Source: a candidate division TA06 bacterium B3_TA06 (GTDB lineage: Bacteria > Hydrothermota > Tepidihabitantia > B3-TA06). From it: a stretch of 64,000 nt of DNA. The position numbers and the translations under genes were made by a program. Location of the stretch: contig NJBO01000002.1 of the NCBI GenBank assembly GCA_005223075.1, positions 1,836 to 65,835 of the forward strand. The letters are read 5' to 3'. Positions 30,201 to 38,573 of this stretch are shown in pieces. Every line of letters starts with the position of its first letter. Position 1 is the stretch's first letter. Below the pieces are notes generated by a model. It saw nothing but the letters and a program-made list of their open reading frames with translations, was not told the origin of the DNA and made no database searches.

Positions 30201-30535
30201 TATTCTTCGTTCATGAGAACGCCGGACCAAACTGAGTCGCCAGCGTCATTAAGAATCCTACAGTAGTTACTGTCCCCGTAGGAGAATATAACAATATCGC
30301 CGTAGGTGTAGGCAAAGGTAGCAAAGGTATCTTCCTCCTGGGGAATCATCGGAAGATCAAGTTTCCCTACGTAATGGGTTTGCTCCACAGTTCCCTCAAA
30401 TAAAGGTGCTGGTCGGGTAGTATCCCTTTCCACATAGTCTTGCACCAATACATCGCTCGGCTCAACCGCCTGAGCCAGCCCGATTTGCACCCCCCCTAAG
30501 AGCAATATGCTCACTATTACAACAACACGCCGCAT
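27269..30535 (-). CDS. large (1088 aa) secreted multi-domain protein with canonical T9SS CTD (NYPNPF...)
   Basis: Signal peptide. The N-terminal ~500 aa are ~90% identical to 32114..34033, and an internal ~240 aa segment is paralogous to 31359..32087. The C-terminus has the NYPNPFSGSTTFAFSIP...LRIYNRAGEHIRTL...GVYIYTL motif. AGGAGG ribosome-binding site. Confidence 0.85.
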   Translation of the reverse strand: MRRVVVIVSILLLGGVQIGLAQAVEPSDVLVQDYVERDTTRPAPLFEGTVEQTHYVGKLDLPMIPQEEDTFATFAYTYGDIVIFSYGDSNYCRILNDAGDSVWSGVLMNEEYVLVKDIPWGVYEVLGSKEFSVLSGDPFVRGLGTWYAVDQNSRPLSTKLLSVGPKSTGIPANEAILAVFAYHNNTHVVVRNMENQTVIWEGDLDSAEYYLREGGDVPPIVYSVEATRPVSTMTSCGVNGMYVPAFNGTFTGRDFMTYQHMWGTAPQDIQFVPWEDETWVTVTDLNNPADTIRRIFCEKRGKIKGFAVPLPTGGRPLYIHADKDISVSQTEWTSFGIHHVAFYMVRGIDRDGLGLGKEFYIPLQASVSWSDIGLIYSRLHVIAFSDSTDVKVTRTPKSGGNEETTIYEGTLDRGEFYRYSCPLDDADAVAIYHVTTSEGVATMGSCLDRQGSDFLPLWFAIHPAVAAYPDQFKDTECLVSTSQTDDGAYEVYVENNGNIWDVINIFTENSDSLNFSTSLSDELGRTLPDVDGDGNPDTDTLPKGGNVLVLADVTPSDTVPFGAMDTCFFSVVSMRDTTRLDTAFLVTTILEVSIEVGPDTVRESAYPDESAVFSVYALNTSLYREDTVNLTWSSNKDPVTWPVELVGLSDSDGDGNPDVPNVLPEEIPAPFQVRVDVPDTAMAGDSAVIHLAGASVNYPSRLYPVELVADTAVLIVTVNAVPDLLIIPDTLDSVPSGQTIRYPLKVSNYGNGPDVPDITFEPGQSDWVHRLVDKDGINDLADTDGDDIPDLDTLAGLVGGVPGFDMLYLDVTPPYWALPGLFDSTIVYARSSISDTVYDSAIVVTRTRNIVALDIEPDTGTIIGPGEEAVYLLRVTNLGSTYDIIDIGSYAAPDLGWSHTLSFEDGTPLLDEDNDGVPDLGSVDSAKMVVARLVVRPHEELGSIAGAFDTTVTEHRIVWIRTYYTDDPTLVNDSVLIMTRFEPVLDIHNYPNPFSGSTTFAFSIPRAGLVTLRIYNRAGEHIRTLIDEVFYEFGGIFEAHWDGLTESGHRPAPGVYIYTLGWRERRTDEESEEFSTAQRITKAALLQP

Positions 30536-30600
30536 TGCTTCCTCCTAACTAAGGTTTAATTACCATAAGGATACCCCCCCAAAGGGAATTGTCAAGCCCC

Positions 30601-30628
30601 TTGACAGAATTCCAATCAGGCATAGAGT
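30601..30628 (+). promoter_or_regulatory. sigma70-like promoter TTGACA-N16-TAGAGT; the ATG is 6 nt downstream, suggesting a leaderless transcript
   Basis: Consensus -35. The -10 ends 6 nt before the ATG at 30634. Confidence 0.4.
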
Positions 30629-30633
30629 TGGGC

Positions 30634-31362
30634 ATGCCCGCACCCGTAACACCCGTAACACCCGTAACACGCACACCCTTAACTCTCAGGAAGGATCGGG
30701 AAGGAATCCCAAGGATTTGTGTAAAAACCCACACCCTCTCCCCTGCTGACGAGATCGGCGAGGTGGTCGAGCGCTACGCGGCTAGGTATCTAAAGCCGGG
30801 CGACATCGTGGTGCTTGCCGAATCGCCTCTGGCCATCACCCAGGGCAGGGCGATACCAGTAAAGCAGATGCATCCCAGACTTTCGGCAAGGATACTGTGG
30901 CGGTTCGTGCGCAAGGTTCCCTACGGTGTGGGCCTACGCAATCCTTTCTCAATGGAAGCTGCAATTGAAGAGTGTGGTGTGTTACGGGTATGGTTCGCGG
31001 CGATCCTAGGTGGATTCTTGAGGATGCTGGGACGGAGAGGCGATTTCTACAGGATTGCGGGAATCCAGGCGCGGATGATTGATGCGGCAGGAACATCACC
31101 TGTCAAGCCCTACGACGAGTGCGTGCTCAAAGGGCCTAAAGAACCCTACGAGGTGGTCAAGGGATTAAAGAACCGCTTCGGGGTTGAGTTCGCGATAATG
31201 GACATAAACGACATCGGCGGCTCCTGGGCGGTTGCTGCGACTTCGAGGATCAACCGAGCGGCACTTGAGGAGCTGATGCGCGACAACCCCATGGGTCAGG
31301 GCACCCAGCTGACGCCGATTACGATCGTGAGAGCAAGAGGAACCGAGCTGCTCTTAGACTAG
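30634..31362 (+). CDS. CofE-like (F420-0:gamma-glutamyl ligase family) protein whose N-terminus contains (PVT)3 encoded by a CCCGTAACA tandem repeat
   Basis: IPRICVKTHTL.P.DEIGEVVERYAARYLKPGDIVVLAESPLAITQGRAIPV resembles the CofE/F420-ligase N-terminal fold. The family call is from memory. The start is chosen at the first canonical ATG; no other in-frame start exists before the conserved region. Confidence 0.5.
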   Translation: MPAPVTPVTPVTRTPLTLRKDREGIPRICVKTHTLSPADEIGEVVERYAARYLKPGDIVVLAESPLAITQGRAIPVKQMHPRLSARILWRFVRKVPYGVGLRNPFSMEAAIEECGVLRVWFAAILGGFLRMLGRRGDFYRIAGIQARMIDAAGTSPVKPYDECVLKGPKEPYEVVKGLKNRFGVEFAIMDINDIGGSWAVAATSRINRAALEELMRDNPMGQGTQLTPITIVRARGTELLLD

Positions 31363-32087
31363 CGGATAATCACCTTCCTTCGCAGCCTTTGACTTCCTCC
31401 TTCCCGGACAGAAACGAAGTAGACCCCTTGAGACAGATGGGATAGATCGATCTCCGCACGAGGTTCCTCTATGATCTCGGACAGAACCCTGCGGCCAAGA
31501 GCGTCGAAGATGCTAATAGAAACATCATCTCCACTAGTATCACCAAACGATAGGTAAAGTGTGTTACAGGCAAAATTCGAGTGTAGCTCCAAGGCCCCTT
31601 CCTCCTCCAGATGCTCTTCAACAAAAGTCCCACGCACAATCGTAACTACAGTGGCCGAATCGTAAACCGTATCGTTGATCGAGGAGCGAGCGTAGACTAT
31701 GGTTGAATCGAAAGAACCCGGAAGCGCCCAGTAGGGTGGAGTCACGTCAAGATAGAACGTATCAAATCCCGGAACGCCCTCAACAAGACCGGCCAGGGTG
31801 TCCAGATCAGGGATGCCGTCACCATCGGTGTCCGCGAGATCGCTGATGCCGTCCTTCGAAACAAGACGGTGAACCCAATCCGGTTCGCTTGAGGTAAAGG
31901 TGATGTCAGGTACATCGGGATCATCCCCAAAATTGAGAACCTCAAGAGGATAACGAATGGTTTGCCCCGCAGGAACCGAATCCAACGTGTCAGGAACGAT
32001 AAGAAGCCCAGCAACAGGTAATGGCAACGCGTATATTCCGGAAGCCATTACTAATAAGCACACCCCCATCAACACAAAGCGCTTCAT
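31359..32087 (-). CDS. small secreted protein with T9SS CTD, paralogous to an internal domain of 27269..30535
   Basis: Signal peptide and AAGGAGG ribosome-binding site. LLIVPDTLDSVPAGQTIRYPLEVLNFGDDPDVPDITF...TIVYARSSINDTVYDSATVVT matches residues ~690-870 of the 1088-aa protein. It has its own CTD (...ISIFDALGRRVLSE...GVYFVSVREG...RKVIIR). Confidence 0.8.
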   Translation of the reverse strand: MKRFVLMGVCLLVMASGIYALPLPVAGLLIVPDTLDSVPAGQTIRYPLEVLNFGDDPDVPDITFTSSEPDWVHRLVSKDGISDLADTDGDGIPDLDTLAGLVEGVPGFDTFYLDVTPPYWALPGSFDSTIVYARSSINDTVYDSATVVTIVRGTFVEEHLEEEGALELHSNFACNTLYLSFGDTSGDDVSISIFDALGRRVLSEIIEEPRAEIDLSHLSQGVYFVSVREGGSQRLRRKVIIR

Positions 32088-32113
32088 CGCTCCTCCTTTA
32101 TACTCAGAGTTCT

Positions 32114-34033
32114 TTACTTACAAACGACCACCTTACGGGTGATGCGCCCGCTCTGCCCTCTCTTAGCTGAGATAAAGTAAACACCCCGGGGAAAGCCTGA
32201 CACATCTATACTTGCCTGCGATTCCTGGATAGTCCTGGATAAAACCCTGCGGCCTGTTACATCGAATATATCAAGCTGGAGTTCTTCTCTAGCAGGATTC
32301 AAAACGTATACCACATCCTGCCCAAAGGCGAACCTAAGCTCGAAATGAGCCCCCACAAAAGGTTTCTCGCTCACGGAGCCGGGAATAATCCTGGTTATAA
32401 GAAATGCCGTATCACACTTGGTCGTATCACGGGAAGAGACCACTCTGAAGTAACAGGTATCAACAGTCCCAACCGGCACAGTATCCGAAGGGATGACGTC
32501 AACAAGCACAAGGGCGCTTCCGCGTCTAGGCAAGGTATCGGTGTCAGGATTGCCGTCGCCGTCAACGTCAGGCAGTGTGCGGCCCAGCTCGTCGGAAAGT
32601 TCGGTTACAAAATCAGGATCCAGGCTGTTCTCTGTGAAGATGTTGATAATGTCCCATACGTTGCCGTTGTTCTCGACACAGACTTCGTAGCAACCCTGGT
32701 CGGTCTCAGAAACAGGAACCCCGGGGTAAGTCTCTCTAAACTGATCAGGATAGGCGGCAACAGCCGGATGGATCCCAAACCAGAGAGGCAAGAAGTCGGA
32801 GCCCTGGCGATCAAGGCAGCTTCCCATAGTCGCCACCCCTTCAGAAGTAGTCACATGGTAGATTGCAACTGCATCCTCATCGTCCATCGGACAGGTATAA
32901 CGATAGAATTCACCTCTGTCAAGGGTCCCTTCATAGATACCTGTTTCGTCCCCACCGTCTCTTGGAATCCTGGTCACTTTTATATCGGTGTTGTCAGAAA
33001 AAGCTATAACGTGAAGACGAGAATAAACGGGCCCAATAGCAGCCCATGAAACGGAGGCCTGAAGAGGGATATAGAACTCCTTTCCAAGTCCCAAACCATC
33101 GCGGTCAATCCCTCGAACCATGTAAAAAGAAACGTAGTCTGTGCCGAAGCTTATCCATTCGGTTTGGGAAACAGATATGTCCTTGTCCGCGTGGATGTAA
33201 AGTGGCCTGCCCCCCGTAGGTAATGGAACTGCAAATCCCTTAATTTCCCCTCTTTTCTCACAGAATACGTGCCAGATCGTATCTGTCGGATCACCCAGCC
33301 GGGTAACGGTCACCCGTGTTTCGTCTTCCCAGGGAACGAATTGAATATCCTGGGGGGTAGTTCCCCACATATGTTGGTAGGTCATGAAGTCCCGGCCAGT
33401 GAAAGTTCCGTTGAACGCAGGTACGTACATCCCGTTAACGCCGCAGGCGGTCATAGTTGATACAGGACGTGTGGCCTCTACTGAGTAAACTATGGGAGGA
33501 ACATCTCCCCCCTCACTCAAGTAGTACTCGGCACTGTCAAGATCACCCTCCCAGATAACCACCTGGTTTTCCATATTCCGGACAACCACATGGGTATTAT
33601 CATTATAGGCAAAAACAACCAGGATCGCCTCAAGATCTGGGCTAAAAGTTGACTTCGGACCTACGGACAACAACTTCGTACTGAGCGGGCGACTATTCTG
33701 ATCCACCGCATACCAGCAGCCTAACCCTCTACCAAAAGGGTCACCGCTGAGAACCGAGAATTCTTTGCTGCCCAGAACCTCATATACTCCCCACGGTATG
33801 TCCTTGACAAGGACATATTCTTCGTTCATGAGAACGCCGGACCAAACTGAGTCGCCAGCGTCATTAAGAATCTCACAGTAGTTAATGTCTGAGTAAGAAA
33901 ATATCACGATATCCCCAAAGGTATAGGCGTAGGTGGCAAAGGTATCTTCACTTTGAGCGGTATATCCCCATTGGGATACCTGGGGATTTGAAACCATCCC
34001 CAGGAGACTAAAGATGATAAAAAAGCACATCAT
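32114..34033 (-). CDS. secreted protein with T9SS CTD, N-terminal paralog of 27269..30535
   Basis: About 90% amino-acid identity and near-identical DNA stretches (e.g. 29461-29640 vs 33081-33260). It has its own CTD (...LDIFDVTGRRVLSRT...GVYFISAKRG...RKVVVCK). AAGGAGG ribosome-binding site. Confidence 0.85.
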   Translation of the reverse strand: MMCFFIIFSLLGMVSNPQVSQWGYTAQSEDTFATYAYTFGDIVIFSYSDINYCEILNDAGDSVWSGVLMNEEYVLVKDIPWGVYEVLGSKEFSVLSGDPFGRGLGCWYAVDQNSRPLSTKLLSVGPKSTFSPDLEAILVVFAYNDNTHVVVRNMENQVVIWEGDLDSAEYYLSEGGDVPPIVYSVEATRPVSTMTACGVNGMYVPAFNGTFTGRDFMTYQHMWGTTPQDIQFVPWEDETRVTVTRLGDPTDTIWHVFCEKRGEIKGFAVPLPTGGRPLYIHADKDISVSQTEWISFGTDYVSFYMVRGIDRDGLGLGKEFYIPLQASVSWAAIGPVYSRLHVIAFSDNTDIKVTRIPRDGGDETGIYEGTLDRGEFYRYTCPMDDEDAVAIYHVTTSEGVATMGSCLDRQGSDFLPLWFGIHPAVAAYPDQFRETYPGVPVSETDQGCYEVCVENNGNVWDIINIFTENSLDPDFVTELSDELGRTLPDVDGDGNPDTDTLPRRGSALVLVDVIPSDTVPVGTVDTCYFRVVSSRDTTKCDTAFLITRIIPGSVSEKPFVGAHFELRFAFGQDVVYVLNPAREELQLDIFDVTGRRVLSRTIQESQASIDVSGFPRGVYFISAKRGQSGRITRKVVVCK

Positions 34034-34094
34034 CCCTCCTTGGTTTTGTTTATTGAAAATACTACGAGTTAATTGAGGATTGTCAAGCCTTGGA

Positions 34095-34475
34095 CTAGTA
34101 GATTATGACCCTGCGTATGACGCGCTGGCTCTCCACTATCCGGGCGGAGAGGAAGTAAACGCCCGGTTGAAAATGCGAGACGTCAATCAGGGTCCGAGGA
34201 CCGTCAAAAACCTCTTTATAGATACTGCATCCCAGGACGTCGAAAAGCTCCAGGTGAACCTCCCCCCCAAACGAATAGTTGAGCGCCACGAAAAGCACGT
34301 CGTGCGCAGGCTGCGGATAGACCTCCAGGCAATCTGCAAAAGTGGTGTCGCTTCCTTGAACATCTTCGTCAAAGACCTGCTCACTTGCCTCACTAACCCC
34401 AACCCACTCCTCGGAGGTAACCTCCCCTCCATCACCCCCTGAGATGTTAAGCATCGCCAAAAGGATCAAAAATTT
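34095..34475 (-). CDS. minimal secreted protein: signal peptide plus short linker plus T9SS CTD
   Basis: MKFLILLAMLNISGG... then ...LELFDVLGCSIYKEVFDG...GVYFLSARI...RRVIIY. Only ~126 aa. Confidence 0.6.
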   Translation of the reverse strand, partial: KFLILLAMLNISGGDGGEVTSEEWVGVSEASEQVFDEDVQGSDTTFADCLEVYPQPAHDVLFVALNYSFGGEVHLELFDVLGCSIYKEVFDGPRTLIDVSHFQPGVYFLSARIVESQRVIRRVIIY

Positions 34476-34637
34476 CATCTCTACCTCCATACCCTTTTCA
34501 TATACTAAGATAAGCAATAATCGTGCCAAGCCCTCCTGAAAAATAAGTTCAACAGATACTTGACTTATCGAAAAAGAGGATGTTACGATGTAGCACAGAA
34601 TGTCACAGAATTACATAAAAAGATAATTCCTTCCTCG

Positions 34638-34665
34638 TTGACATAGACTTTCTTGCGACTAGAAT
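34638..34665 (+). promoter_or_regulatory. sigma70-like promoter TTGACA-N16-TAGAAT with the ATG of lipB 6 nt downstream (leaderless-type)
   Basis: Consensus elements. There is no ribosome-binding site between the -10 and the ATG at 34672. Confidence 0.45.
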
Positions 34666-34671
34666 CTCCCA

Positions 34672-35355
34672 ATGGAGAAAGGATTCTTCGCCGACCTGGG
34701 CAGGATGCGGTATAAGCCAGCCTGGAATTTCCAGCTGAAGCTGTGGCAGATGCGTGCCGATGAGCAGATTCCCAACACCTTGATCTTTGTGGAGCATGAG
34801 CACGTGATAACCAGAGGCAAGTCGGCTGATGATAAGAATCTGCTGTATTCAGAGGAGGAGTTGGCAAAGCGTGGAGTTGATCTTCATTCAGTAGAACGCG
34901 GCGGCGACTTTACCTATCACGGCCCGGGTCAGCTTGTTGGATACCCTATTTTTCACATAAAAAAGGGCCTAGCCGGTATCCGGCCATTGGTGAGGAATGT
35001 TGAGAACGCCGTATCCCAGGCGATGGAGACGTTCGGGATCACCTCAAAGGGCTCGATGGAGATACCTGAGAAGTATCCGGTGGGCGTCTGGGTTGGCTGT
35101 GAGAAGCTGGCGGCGATCGGCATCGCGGTGAAGAAATGGGTTTCATTCCACGGATTTGCATTAAACGTATCCACCGATCTGGATATGTTTAAATTGATTA
35201 TACCTTGCGGATTGACCAATAAAGTGGTCACCTCGATGGAGAAGATTTTAGGGCAAAAACCGGGCTTTAAAAGGGTCAAAAACGAGGTAAAAAAAGCGTT
35301 TTCCGAGACCTTCGAGATCGAATTTGAGGAAAGGAAGATGGAGGATTTTGCATGA
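34672..35355 (+). CDS. lipB: octanoyltransferase (lipoate-protein ligase B)
   Basis: Motifs VEHEHVIT.G and RGGDFTYHGPGQLVGYP. It is followed by lipA with a 4-nt overlap. Confidence 0.9.
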   Translation: MEKGFFADLGRMRYKPAWNFQLKLWQMRADEQIPNTLIFVEHEHVITRGKSADDKNLLYSEEELAKRGVDLHSVERGGDFTYHGPGQLVGYPIFHIKKGLAGIRPLVRNVENAVSQAMETFGITSKGSMEIPEKYPVGVWVGCEKLAAIGIAVKKWVSFHGFALNVSTDLDMFKLIIPCGLTNKVVTSMEKILGQKPGFKRVKNEVKKAFSETFEIEFEERKMEDFA

Positions 35356-36260
35356 TGCGCAAACCAGACTGGCTCAGGGTGAAGCTGCCAGGCCATGGCG
35401 AGTACAGGGATGTTGATAAGATATTGAAAGATCTGGACTTACACACCGTTTGCCGCTCGGCGCGCTGCCCCAACATCGCCGACTGCTGGGGGAAAAGAAC
35501 GGTAACGATTATGATCTTAGGGGATGTGTGTACCAGATCCTGCAGGTTCTGCGCGGTAACCCCAGGTAATCCAGGGGGTTATGTAGACGAAACCGAGCCT
35601 GGCCGCGTGGCCGAGGCGGTTAAACGAATGGGATTGCGGTATGTGGTGCTGACCTCGGTTGACCGGGACGATCTTGCCGATGGCGGCACGGAGCATTTTG
35701 CACGCACTATCCAGCTGATCAAGGAGCAGGACCCGAACGTTCTGGTGGAACCCTTGATCCCTGATTTCGGTGTAGGGGCACGGCATGCCGTGCCCTCCCG
35801 TCTCAAAAAGATAATTGACGCGAAACCTGACGTTATCGCCCACAACCTTGAGACAGTGGAGCGGTTGACGCCTCATGTAAGGGATCGCAGGTCAAGTTAC
35901 ACATTATCGTTAGATGTATTGAAAACCTTGAAAGAACTTGAACGTGGTACCATGACCAAATCAGGAATAATGGTAGGATTGGGCGAGACCGACGATGAAG
36001 TCTACCAGGCGCTTCAGGATATGCGGGGAGTAGGGGTAGAGATCGTAACCATCGGCCAGTACCTGCAGCCTACCAAGAGGCATCTGGAGGTTCAAAGATT
36101 CGTCACTCCGGAGCAGTTCGCCGAGTATGAGCGGAGAGCGTTGGAGATGGGCTTTTTATCTGCAGCCTGCGCGCCCCTGGTTCGTTCCTCCTATCATGCT
36201 GCAGAAGCTGCCTCAATCATACGAAATCGCAAGAGGATAAGGGATGAAAAACCTACTTAA
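35352..36260 (+). CDS. lipA: lipoyl synthase (radical SAM)
   Basis: Motifs CPNIADCW and ILGDVCTRSCRFCAV. Confidence 0.92.
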   Translation: MMRKPDWLRVKLPGHGEYRDVDKILKDLDLHTVCRSARCPNIADCWGKRTVTIMILGDVCTRSCRFCAVTPGNPGGYVDETEPGRVAEAVKRMGLRYVVLTSVDRDDLADGGTEHFARTIQLIKEQDPNVLVEPLIPDFGVGARHAVPSRLKKIIDAKPDVIAHNLETVERLTPHVRDRRSSYTLSLDVLKTLKELERGTMTKSGIMVGLGETDDEVYQALQDMRGVGVEIVTIGQYLQPTKRHLEVQRFVTPEQFAEYERRALEMGFLSAACAPLVRSSYHAAEAASIIRNRKRIRDEKPT

Positions 36261-36271
36261 TTATTCTTCTT

Positions 36272-36309
36272 GGGGTCCCCGCGACGGTGCAAAGCAACGG
36301 CGTGGGGTG
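36272..36309 (+). repeat. covarying hairpin repeat, copy A (GGGGTCCCC-stem-AAAG-stem'-GGGGTG)
   Basis: GGGGTCCCCGCGACGGTGCAAAGCAACGGCGTGGGGTG. Same architecture as copies at 40958, 41016 and 44978, with compensatory stem changes. Confidence 0.7.
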
Positions 36310-36410
36310 AATTCATCATATCATGCAGCGGATGTTGCCGTTCTTATAAGGAATCGTAGTTCTCGTAGGGGCCGGTCTTTAGACCGGCCCGGATATGGAG
36401 ATTAATATAG

Positions 36411-36438
36411 CGGGCCGACCTGAAGGTCGGCCCCTACG
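36411..36438. repeat. REP-like palindromic element (CGGGCCGACCTGAAGGTCGGCCCCTACG)
   Basis: Family with copies at 18451, 36729, 41334, 41779, 44796, 52782, 58499 (inverted) and 51281 (diverged). Confidence 0.75.
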
Positions 36439-36728
36439 TTCTCCACTCAGGTAGGTGGGTGATAACCGCATAACCACCACACTCAAGATTATGCCCCATA
36501 TGAGATCGCCCCCCTCCCTTTGGTCGCTTGCACCCCCTTCGGGTGGTCGCGATGACAATTAGGCGGGCTTTCTTTTTCCCCTCCCCCTACCCCCTCCACC
36601 AAGGGAGGGGGATTTTATTCCTCCCCCTTGATGGCGTCAGTGCCCCCGTCGGGTAGGGAGGTGACCTCTGCGAAACAGAGGTCGGAGGAGGTGAATAAAA
36701 TGCGGGCTACTCGCAATGACAAACAAAA

Positions 36729-36758
36729 CGGGCCGACCTTCAGGTCGGCCCCTACGAG
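36729..36758. repeat. REP-like palindromic element (CGGGCCGACCTTCAGGTCGGCCCCTACG)
   Basis: Same family as the copy at 36411. Confidence 0.75.
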
Positions 36759-37036
36759 CTTGTACTCCTAGTCGGATTGACCTTTCCCAGGTGGACACAG
36801 CTCGTTAAATATCCAACCAAGGTCCATTACGTCAAGCTCTCCGCTCAGGTCAAGGTCGGTGCTGTCCAGGGTGCCTCGACATTCGTGGCATTCATAGACG
36901 AGCTTCAGGAACTTGCCCCCCACCAGTCGGGGAACCTCGTTTCGCCTTTCTTTACCATACCAAGTGAATACATCCCGGCCACCTTTAGCACTATTGCACC
37001 TTCGGCAACACAAAACAAGGTTATGTATTTCGTGAG

Positions 37037-38127
37037 TTCAATAATGAAGTGCAACACCTTGGAAAGCGAGAGGGATTTCGTTATTCTGAGGATGTATGCA
37101 CTCAATCTACCGACATCTTGGACTGGAGGAGCGTGAGGTGACAGCGTGCCCCTTGAGCGCTTTATGCGCTCATAGGGTATAGAGAATATGCTTAGAGATG
37201 GGCGATCCATACGCGAGATGGCGCAGGTTTTAGGAAGGAACGCCTCCAGCATCTCGCGGGAGCTACGGCGCAACCGCTCACCAGTCCACGCGAGTTACCT
37301 TGATCATCGCGCCCAGGAGCGTGCGGATAGACGCAGGTCAAACGCAAGCCGCAGGATGCGATTGAAGAGTGATAAGATCAGGGATTACGTGGTGTCCAAG
37401 CTCAACCAAGACTCCTCGCCAGAGCAGATAGCTGGAAGGATCGAGATAGATTGGCCTGGTCTATCTATCAGCCACGAGGCTATCTATCAATACGTCTACC
37501 ATCCTTCCACCCCCAACCGAGGAGAGCTCATCGGTTGTCTGAGGCGTTCTCACAAGAGACGCAAGAGGAAGGGTAGGGCACCAGACAAGCATAGGTCTAA
37601 GATAACGGGTAGGGTGGGCATAGAACAAAGACCATTTGAAGTCGAGACCAGAGCCAGGTTTGGGGACTGGGAGGCAGACACCTTGATCTCACGCCGGAGC
37701 AGGGCGGCTATATTAACCATGGTAGAACGCTCAAGCAGGTTGGTTCAGCTTGAAAAGTTGGATGCTAAGACCTCTACTCTGACATCTCAAGCTATCATCA
37801 GCCGCCTGCTGTGCTTTCCCAGAGACTCCAGGCATACTATCACCTTCGACAATGGCCCGGAGAATGCTGAGCATGAAGGAGTCTCCCAATCCACAGGCAT
37901 AAGCTGCTTCTTCTGCGAACCTTACTCTTCGTGGCAGCGAGGAACCAATGAGCACACCAACGGACTGGTAAGGCAATACTTGCCAAAGAAGACCGACTTC
38001 GCTATAATCAGTAGTGAGGAAATCAAGTTGATAGAGTCAAGGTTAAACAACAGGCCCAGGAAATGCCTGGGCTTTAAAACCCCACTCGAAGTCGCTAACA
38101 TATGTGTTGCACTTCAACGTTGAATGT
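37037..38127 (+). mobile_element. IS30-family insertion sequence (~1.09 kb) with ~22-bp imperfect terminal inverted repeats (GTTCAATAATGAAGTGCAACAC / ATTCAACGTTGAAGTGCAACAC)
   Basis: The terminal inverted repeats flank a single transposase ORF. The element interrupts an HNH endonuclease reading frame. Confidence 0.85.
37188..38123 (+). CDS. IS30-family DDE transposase
   Basis: N-terminal HTH (SIREMAQVLGRNASSISREL). DDE region (GDWEADT...ITFDNGPE...NGLVRQYLPKKTDF) typical of IS30/IS1655-like transposases. Confidence 0.88.
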   Translation: MLRDGRSIREMAQVLGRNASSISRELRRNRSPVHASYLDHRAQERADRRRSNASRRMRLKSDKIRDYVVSKLNQDSSPEQIAGRIEIDWPGLSISHEAIYQYVYHPSTPNRGELIGCLRRSHKRRKRKGRAPDKHRSKITGRVGIEQRPFEVETRARFGDWEADTLISRRSRAAILTMVERSSRLVQLEKLDAKTSTLTSQAIISRLLCFPRDSRHTITFDNGPENAEHEGVSQSTGISCFFCEPYSSWQRGTNEHTNGLVRQYLPKKTDFAIISSEEIKLIESRLNNRPRKCLGFKTPLEVANICVALQR

Positions 38128-38573
38128 AGGTTTCATTAATTTTGCAATCCGGAGGAGCATTAATCTTCTGTGGAATTATATGATCCCAAGTTAAATCCTC
38201 GGTGGCGTCGCAGTAAGAACACCTTTTTTCTTCAAACATCTTCTGATCTTCCCGAACGACATCCGACCACTTCTTCCGCCCCATTTGCAAGTCCTTGAAT
38301 GTTTTCATGATAAACCCGTATTGCCCTTCCATCCCAGCAGATCGAGCGATCAACTTCGCATACTGCCAGAAGATAAGATCCCGGACAGTCTTTACAGCTT
38401 TAGGCGGCATAGATTCCTCCTCGTGACATACCACTATATCCGCAACCGCAAGCTTGTCAACTCTTCTTCTCCCCCCCTCTTCCCTGAAAGGCTTCAAGCA
38501 CCTTGACCAATCCACACAAAGCCCTATAATTCAGAACGTGGGACAAGCTGAATCCCATGTAAGGAGGAGTTAA

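Larger units (their letters stand above)
36768..38515 (-). pseudogene. HNH endonuclease gene split by an IS30-family insertion (N-terminal part 38515..38114; C-terminal part ~37036..36768)
   Basis: The upstream fragment ends ...CSYCDATEDLTWDHIIPQKINAPPDC... (first half of the HNH motif). The downstream fragment begins ...IHNLVLCCRRCNSAKGG (second half, N..LC..CN..K). The IS lies between the two halves. Confidence 0.75.
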
